A stretch of DNA of 64,000 nucleotides from an uncultured Verrucomicrobiae bacterium (GTDB taxonomy: Bacteria > Verrucomicrobiota > Verrucomicrobiia > Limisphaerales > Palsa-1400): assembly GCA_963702845.1 (NCBI GenBank), contig OY969763.1, positions 5,152,001-5,216,000 of the forward strand, read 5' to 3'. The position numbers and the translations under genes were made by a program. The stretch's first letter is position 1, and each line of letters starts with the position of its first letter. This document shows, in pieces, positions 58,501 through 64,000 of this stretch. The notes under the pieces were generated by a model that did not search any database, had not been told where the DNA came from, and saw only the letters and a list, made by a program, of their open reading frames with translations.

Positions 58501-60878
58501 GCCGGACCACCTATTGCACCGCCCTCCGCACCAATGGAAATGTTGGGTTCTGGGGTGGCAGTTTTTTCTCGACGAATTTGGTTTCATCGGCCAGCAACGC
58601 GGTTGCGATTGCGGCTGGTTATTTCAATGGGCTGGCTCTTATTAACGATGGCTCGCCGCAGCTGGTTCGTCTGCCAGTGGGCGGCACCGCTTACAGCGGG
58701 CGCGATCTTGTGCTGAAAGCGCAAGCGGTCGGTGCGCCTGTAATTACTTACCAATGGTTGCACGACGGGAACGTGGTGACGGATGCGACCAATGCGACGT
58801 TGACGTTGACGAACATTCAACTGACCGACGCGGGACATTATCAGGTGGTGGTGACTAATGCCCTGGGGTCAGTAACGAGTGTGACTGCGCCGGTGAAGGT
58901 GATTAATAGCGCGCCGTGGTTTGTCCAACAGCCAACCAATCGCACGGTGGTTCTCGCTAGCAGTGTTAATTTAGGCGGCATGCCGGTGAATGGTTCGGGC
59001 CCGCTGAGTTACACGTGGCGTTTTTCGAACATCAAAGGAAGTCTTACGAATATTGTGACCACCAGCACCGATTTAGTGCTGAACCCGGTTCAGGTCTCGG
59101 ATATGGGCACTTACTGGCTGGTCGTGAGTAACGGCTTCGGGGTCGCGACGAGCCAGACGATCAATTTGACGGTGAGGCAGGTCGCGGCATGGGGTGACAA
59201 CACTTATAGCAAAACCAATGTTCCGACCACATTGACGAATGCCATCGCGATTTGCGGCGGGAATAATTACAACTGCGTGGCTCTTCGGGACAATGGCACG
59301 CCGCAGCAATGGGGTTATTCCGGCACGAGTTCACCCGCCAATATCACAAACCTGTGCGAGGTCGCAGTGGCCAACGGCACTTCGGGGTTTTATGGATTGC
59401 GGACGGATGGCAAGCCGGTCGGTTGGGGAAATCTTCCGCTCGCGGTCGTGAACGCGATTTCGAATATTGTTTCAATCGAAGCGGATGACGGCGGTTCAAC
59501 TTATTTGCGAACGAACGGCACTTTCCTTCGCCTCGATAATGGCGGCAACGTCATTAGTCTTTCCGCCGCGATCAACACGAATGTCGTCGCGATTTCTCGA
59601 CTGAACGGCGACATCGGTTTCATGGCATTGCGCGCGGATGGCACCTTTTACACCAGCGGCGCGAGCTTGCCAACCGGCCCGACTAATGTCGTTTCGGTGG
59701 CGGGCTCTTTTCTTGACGGCGTTGCGCTCAAGCGCGATGGCACTGTGCAGTCCTGGGGTTTTACCAACGCACCGTTGTCCAATATCGTTGCAGTCACCGC
59801 AACCGCATCCCAAATGCAATTCGCAGTTCGCGCCGATGGCACCATTACCAATTGGGGCCGAACAGGAATCCAGGCCTCCAACGTCCCCCCGTTGATCGTC
59901 AGGCCGTGGTCTCTCGACGGCGGCTACGATAACGTCGTCGCGTTGTTCACGACGAATGCTTTTCCGCCGGTCCCGCTTTATACCGCGCTGGACACGAGTG
60001 CGCTGGTGGTGAGCTCGCGCAGCAGTCCGCAATGGTTTGGGCAAACGAATTTCACGCACGACGGCCTGCACGCCGCTCGTAGCGCCGCGCTCGGCAACAA
60101 CACCGCTTCATCGATGCGCATGCTCGCGACGAACGGCGCAATCAAAGTTAGTTTCTGGTGGAAGGTTTCGTCGGCGACGAATCACGGGATGTTGACGTTC
60201 GCGATCGGCGGCGTGCCGCAGGCCTCCATCTCCGGCGAAGTCGATTGGCAACAAGTGACGTTCACGGTTCCCGCCAGCCCGCAGATGCTTGTTTGGACCT
60301 ACTCAAAAGATTCTGCAGCGGGCGCGGGCCAAGATGCCGGGTTTGTTGACCAACTGACTTTCACTCCGATCCCAGCGGCGATCACGCTTCAGCCCGTTAG
60401 CCAAACGGTCGTTGGCGGAACGACCGCGTTGTTTACTGCCAGCGCGACCGGCACACCGCCGCTGAGCTATCGATGGTATAACCTCACGAACGGCACACCT
60501 ATCGGAACAGCGCCCGGTTTATTTCGCTTTGTGCCGGCATCGCGTTCCTCGTCCGGAACTTATTATCTGATCGTCACAAATGCGTTCGGCAGTGATCGCA
60601 GCACGAACTTCACTTTGACGGTGCATGTGCCGCAGAGAATTGGGCTGCCGTTGCTGCAATCGGACGGGACGTTTCTGCTGACGTCTCAGGACGTTGATCA
60701 GACGTTGTTCCCGAGCGGCACTGATGCATCCGGGTTCCAGGCGCAATTTAGTTCGAACCTGATCGATTGGTTGCCGGTGAATGCGACGTTGTCGATCAGC
60801 AATGGCGTAATGCAATTGAACGACACCGACGCGACGAACGCGATGCAGCGATTTTACCGAATTATCGAGGGCTGGTGA
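55557..60878 (+). CDS. Large secreted Ig-domain/RCC1-like repeat surface protein (1773 aa), tandem paralog
   Basis: Same architecture with ~11 Ig domains; C-terminal SSNLIDW...RFYR. Confidence 0.92.
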   Translation: MRSLFIAGVLTALSLIAANTAFGQAAPGITTQPASQTALQGSNVVFSVVASGQATLIYQWSKGGANLSDSGHIVGSTTSALTILSALAGDAASYRVVVTNRHGSATSSDATLAVLVPPTVTQQPSSITIGIGSNATFNVEWGGTQPITNTWFFNGLPLTAGARIVISNQVSASGSLIGSLSITSIQTVDAGTYSAVASNVAGSATSSAATLTTIAFPPAITAQPQSQTVVDGTPVSFSVGVSGTLPISYQWYRDFTQLGDDKFISGATTPTLSLSTPSIGSYYLVASNAFGSTNSLAAILTVLFAPSITMPYNEIVGVGTNAILRTTVSGTHPLTNVWFFNGSPVVSGGRYLTVENISDVVDAYLVISNAQTADLGSYWVVSSNVVGSATSSAWSLNLGYPPAMIDQPQSQTITTNGWTTLSVNASGTDPITYQWYEGTARLSDTSQFIGTQTAALTITNANVSNISSYSVVLTNAFGQTTSAVATVTVVSVPEVLTANSLTAVVGSSPKLGGYITSLTAVTNQWFFNGAPIVTNDHFVTAERMVGSQLESLLTISNAQVSDSGNYWLVSSNLAGGTVSSNITLVVGYPPEITQQPLTQAVTNGFPFTLTVGATGSDPLGYQWYWGIASIGEGGHYVGMQTASLTVTNPLSSDAGSYSVVVTNAFGSVTSSNSVVTVLIRPSVAILGRSVPLGWPTVFAGSASGTTPLSYQWQLNGADISGATNLSYSIASITANDLGTYNLVVSNVAGVTVSSNALLTVGPVVGFGDNSYNQCLPPAGLSNVVSVAGGWGSFAVTVDGAVVKWGNTPGTPSIPADYTNIVGLAVAPNYAVNTGDAGIALRADGTVAGFGKSIPTTWSNIVAVACNSSYRYGLRSDGIVLGTEQLMPTGLNNIVAISAADTQVMALRNDGTVVVWSLSTSSATNVPPGLSNVVAISSGYSICLAAKADGTAVAWGRTGSTNLPNGLSNVVAVAASQFSGVTSRTTYCTALRTNGNVGFWGGSFFSTNLVSSASNAVAIAAGYFNGLALINDGSPQLVRLPVGGTAYSGRDLVLKAQAVGAPVITYQWLHDGNVVTDATNATLTLTNIQLTDAGHYQVVVTNALGSVTSVTAPVKVINSAPWFVQQPTNRTVVLASSVNLGGMPVNGSGPLSYTWRFSNIKGSLTNIVTTSTDLVLNPVQVSDMGTYWLVVSNGFGVATSQTINLTVRQVAAWGDNTYSKTNVPTTLTNAIAICGGNNYNCVALRDNGTPQQWGYSGTSSPANITNLCEVAVANGTSGFYGLRTDGKPVGWGNLPLAVVNAISNIVSIEADDGGSTYLRTNGTFLRLDNGGNVISLSAAINTNVVAISRLNGDIGFMALRADGTFYTSGASLPTGPTNVVSVAGSFLDGVALKRDGTVQSWGFTNAPLSNIVAVTATASQMQFAVRADGTITNWGRTGIQASNVPPLIVRPWSLDGGYDNVVALFTTNAFPPVPLYTALDTSALVVSSRSSPQWFGQTNFTHDGLHAARSAALGNNTASSMRMLATNGAIKVSFWWKVSSATNHGMLTFAIGGVPQASISGEVDWQQVTFTVPASPQMLVWTYSKDSAAGAGQDAGFVDQLTFTPIPAAITLQPVSQTVVGGTTALFTASATGTPPLSYRWYNLTNGTPIGTAPGLFRFVPASRSSSGTYYLIVTNAFGSDRSTNFTLTVHVPQRIGLPLLQSDGTFLLTSQDVDQTLFPSGTDASGFQAQFSSNLIDWLPVNATLSISNGVMQLNDTDATNAMQRFYRIIEGW

Positions 60879-62630
60879 TTATTCCTGACTTTCGGCGACG
60901 CTGACTTCAGCGCGCAAGAGATCGTGGAGCGTGATGACTCCGATCAACCGGTGGCGTTCGTCCACGATCAGGACCAGCATTGTCGTCGAATTGATCAGCA
61001 GATTTTGCAGATCGCGGACAGTGCGATCGCGCAGACAAACGACGGCGCGTTCGAGTTTGGGCGGACGTTGTGCGGCCAAGGCGGCCATCGCTTCGGTTCG
61101 GGTCAAAATGCCGACTGGCTCTCCGTTTTGCACGACGGGAAACCGTGAATAGGGATGCGTCTCCAAAATGCTGCGGCAATTGGCGAGCTCACTATTTTCG
61201 ATCACGACCGGTTTGAAATTCGCAATGGCCGGGACCGGCAATTGTTGCCAGGCCTGCAAATCGCGGGGCGGAATGACGTGTTCCAGGTTGTGGCCGTCTT
61301 GCAGGAGCAAGGCTTCATAAAAATTGTGACGCGCCATTGCGTAGGCGACCGCTTCGCTCACAAGCGCTCCCAACATCAACGCGGGCACGACGGAAAATTC
61401 GTGGGTCATTTCGAACACGATCAAAATACCAGTTACCTGCGCGCGGACGACACCGCCTAAACAAGCGCTCATGCCGACGACCGCGAGCAGTGTGGCGTCG
61501 CTTGGCTGCAGGGGCATGAACATCGAGCAGACGCCCGAGACCAACACGCCGCACATGCAGCCGAAGAACAGCATCGGCGAAAAAATTCCACCGCAACCGC
61601 CGAAGCCATAACAGACGATCGTCGCGATTAATTTTGCCACGAGCAGGAGCGCGGCGATTTTCCAGGTGAGTTGGTTGGCTAATCCTGACGAAAGGTCGTC
61701 GTAACCGAGACTGAACACGCCAAGATGTCCGGTGCCGAGGAAAACCGCGCAACCGATACCCCATGTGATCACGCCACCGATGACCGGCCCGAGCCACGCC
61801 GGGATTTTCCGTTGGCGTTTCCAACTGCTGCGCAGCCGGAGGGATGACTTTTGGAAAAGCATGCCGGCGAAGCTTCCGAGCGCGGCCACCACCGGCACCA
61901 ACACATATGCCTCCCAATTCACCGCGCCGATTTCCTGGAGTGTGAACGCGGGTTGGCGTCCGATGATTCCGTGCACCACGAATGCGCCAATGACCGACGC
62001 CAACAGGACGCTGCCGAGCGCGCGGCTGTTCAAGTCTTCGATGATTTCTTCGAGCACGAACGTGATCGCGGCGAGCGGCGTATTGAACGCGGCTGCTAAA
62101 CCAGCCGCAGCACCAGCTGCCGCCGCGTGACGTCGTCGCTGTTTTGGTTCACCGAATATTCCGGCGAGATTCGAAGCGAGACCGCCGGCGTAATGGACGC
62201 TTGGACCTTCACGACCGAGGCTGCTGCCGCCGCCAATGCTTAAAATGCCACCGAGAAATTTCACCCAAACCGTCTTAAACGGAATGAATCCAAATTCTTT
62301 CCAGTAGGCGAGCTTGAGTTGTGGGATGCCGCTGCCGGCCGCGTCGGGCGCGAATTTGGTCAACAGGAAACCGACCACGGCAGATGTGCCGACGATGATC
62401 GCAAATGTTGTCTCAAGAAACGTTGCGGTGGATTGATGGGCGAGCTGTTTGAAAGTGCTGTTGTAGAGCAGTGTGATGAGTAGTTGGAAACCAACTGTTG
62501 CCCCTCCCGCGATAACGCCATAAGCGCACGTGACAATTACGGTGCGAGCTTGTTTCGGTAGTTTGCCTAAAAACCCCGAGAAAGTTTTTGCGATCACGAC
62601 CGAGCGATTGTCGGGGAAACGTGAAATCAT
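60879..62630 (-). CDS. ClC family H+/Cl- antiporter with C-terminal CBS domains
   Basis: GSGIP, GREGP, AAFNTPL...LEE, GGIFSP and a CBS pair (YSRFPVV...GVITLHDLL). Confidence 0.93.
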   Translation of the reverse strand: MISRFPDNRSVVIAKTFSGFLGKLPKQARTVIVTCAYGVIAGGATVGFQLLITLLYNSTFKQLAHQSTATFLETTFAIIVGTSAVVGFLLTKFAPDAAGSGIPQLKLAYWKEFGFIPFKTVWVKFLGGILSIGGGSSLGREGPSVHYAGGLASNLAGIFGEPKQRRRHAAAAGAAAGLAAAFNTPLAAITFVLEEIIEDLNSRALGSVLLASVIGAFVVHGIIGRQPAFTLQEIGAVNWEAYVLVPVVAALGSFAGMLFQKSSLRLRSSWKRQRKIPAWLGPVIGGVITWGIGCAVFLGTGHLGVFSLGYDDLSSGLANQLTWKIAALLLVAKLIATIVCYGFGGCGGIFSPMLFFGCMCGVLVSGVCSMFMPLQPSDATLLAVVGMSACLGGVVRAQVTGILIVFEMTHEFSVVPALMLGALVSEAVAYAMARHNFYEALLLQDGHNLEHVIPPRDLQAWQQLPVPAIANFKPVVIENSELANCRSILETHPYSRFPVVQNGEPVGILTRTEAMAALAAQRPPKLERAVVCLRDRTVRDLQNLLINSTTMLVLIVDERHRLIGVITLHDLLRAEVSVAESQE

Positions 62631-62762
62631 TCAAGTGATTCCGTCGCGCGGGCTTGCCGGAGTGCTCCGGAAGGCATTCCATTTGTTCGGCGTTAACAAC
62701 TCGTGCTTGAAATCGTCGGCCAACACCCTCAACATCGCCTCACCCTAAACAACGGGAGTTTT

Positions 62763-63143
62763 ATGCGAAAAATTTTTCTTACTTTGTTAGCAGTTGCACC
62801 GCTTGTTATCGCCGGATGCAGCTCGATCACCAATCTCACCCCGAGCAAGTTGCCGCGTAATGCCACCGGCTTTTACCAGGTGGAAGCCGCCTGGAACAGC
62901 CGCCAACGCACCATTCGCGACGAATCGATGAAGCCGCTCGTCCTGATCGGCAACGAGGTCTATGAAATGCGCCGTGTGCCGCGCGTGGAGAATCGTTGGG
63001 AAACCATGATTCCAATTGCTCCGGACAAAGATGCGGTTCGTTACCAGTTTAAGTTCGACTACATGGTCAACTCGATTCCGCGCGCGTTGCCAGACAGCAA
63101 AATGTCGCCGGAATACAAACTGCAAATCATGGACAAGAAGTAA
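62763..63143 (+). CDS. Hypothetical lipoprotein
   Basis: MRKIFLTLLAVAPLVIAG-C lipobox. Confidence 0.8.
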   Translation: MRKIFLTLLAVAPLVIAGCSSITNLTPSKLPRNATGFYQVEAAWNSRQRTIRDESMKPLVLIGNEVYEMRRVPRVENRWETMIPIAPDKDAVRYQFKFDYMVNSIPRALPDSKMSPEYKLQIMDKK

Positions 63144-63608
63144 TCAGCTAGCGCTGCTGATTTCTTCGATCGCCTTTTCACAATACCAACGCACGGCGTC
63201 CGGTATCTTCGGCACGAGCCTGTCCATGTCGGATTTACTGCACCAACGGATGTCGTGATGTTCCTCGGTCGCGAGGGTGACCTGGCCAGCTTTCGGGCGT
63301 GCCCAATATATCATTCCGATATGCTCGTGCGTTTCGCTAATGCGGTGGATGTCCAAAAATCGTGGCGCGATCAAGGCGCGTGTCCCCGGGCCGGTCGTCG
63401 GCGGACGTTCTCCGAGCAGTTCAACGTCCAAGCCGCTTTCTTCTTTGGCTTCGCGATAGGCGGCGATCTCCGGATCTTCGTCGAGTTCAATGTGCCCGCC
63501 CAAGGGCAGCCACTTGTTCAATTTGCGATGGTGAATCAGCAGAATTTTCGCCTCGTGCACAACAAAGATGGCGACGGTAAAATCAATTTTCTCGTGGATG
63601 TGAGCCAT
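63144..63608 (-). CDS. NUDIX hydrolase
   Basis: WLPLGGHIELDEDPEIAAYREAKEESG. Confidence 0.92.
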   Translation of the reverse strand: MAHIHEKIDFTVAIFVVHEAKILLIHHRKLNKWLPLGGHIELDEDPEIAAYREAKEESGLDVELLGERPPTTGPGTRALIAPRFLDIHRISETHEHIGMIYWARPKAGQVTLATEEHHDIRWCSKSDMDRLVPKIPDAVRWYCEKAIEEISSAS

Positions 63609-63662
63609 TACGCAAAGTGTGAACCTACTGGCGCGCGTGAGCAAGTGCTCGTGAATCTCACC

Positions 63663-64000
63663 CTAGTCGGAGATGGGAACTTCTTCGCCGGTGAGCAAGA
63701 CGCGCCAGCGGTAGGGGGAAATGAAGTCAATTGCACCGCATCCAGTTCTTCGACTCCGTTGATGTGCGCTTTGCAAATGCGATGCCAGCCGTCGAGAACT
63801 TCGCCGTCGGGCGCGATGATAATCGGGTAGCTCAAATCGCACTCGAAGATGTCGCGGGCGTGATCGGCAATCGCCCGGCAGGTGGGCAACAGGTTGCGCG
63901 GCCCACCGAACCAGTGAACGTCATCGAAGCCAGCGAGCTCGCTGACGCGCACTTTTTTCACCGGCAAATCCTTTGCCAGCTCCCACAGTTGTTGCATGCG
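63663..64000 (-). CDS. ParB/Srx-like N-terminal-fold protein; 5' end outside the window, probable -1 frameshift in a C-run at ~63715
   Basis: DLSYPIIIAPDGEVLDGWHRICKA resembles the ParB-like DG.HR motif. Adding one C gives FPPYRWRVLLTGEEVPISD*, ending at 63663. Confidence 0.6.

Noticed and set aside
60879..62630. Fluoride-specific CLC-F exporter or fluoride riboswitch
   Set aside because: It has the canonical GSGIP/GREGP chloride motifs rather than the CLC-F variants, and I recognised no riboswitch upstream.
1..64000. CRISPR array, rRNA/tRNA genes, prophage or IS elements
   Set aside because: I saw no regularly spaced repeat-spacer array and no cas, integrase, transposase or phage structural genes. 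Repeats inside the LRR and Ig genes are protein-domain repeats.

Overview
This is a 64-kb bacterial chromosomal window, most likely from Verrucomicrobiota (Pedosphaera/Limisphaerales-like). That assignment is inferred from Tat-exported Gfo/Idh/MocA oxidoreductases, a PQQ-like propeller protein, giant Ig/RCC1 surface proteins and nusA-infB-rbfA-nrnA without rimP. Core genes (nusA, infB, rbfA, nrnA, tadA, osmC, acyl-CoA ligase, ClC) alternate with accessory blocks: (i) a 3.4-kb integrase-less islet (BspA-type LRR protein plus decayed dprA) bounded by an 80-bp duplication of the 3' end of an oxidoreductase gene; (ii) a minimal NRPS cassette (stand-alone C domain, A-T didomain with a Leu-type code, cytochrome P450, no thioesterase), which is the best candidate for an undescribed pathway; (iii) a VapBC pair and a DUF6883/DUF4926-like pair; (iv) an SBP-kinase-NarL module; (v) TetR-EmrAB with two visible operators; (vi) a DUF2723/TMEM260-like TPR protein next to GT4 and WecA-like genes; (vii) two tandem paralogous Ig/RCC1 adhesin-like genes. 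Four secreted proteins from three unrelated families end in the same C-terminal motif. Several genes, including the essential infB, are frameshifted, so most frameshifts are probably assembly errors. I recognised no tRNA, rRNA, CRISPR array, integrase or transposase. All family assignments are from motif recognition by eye, and no database searches were run.
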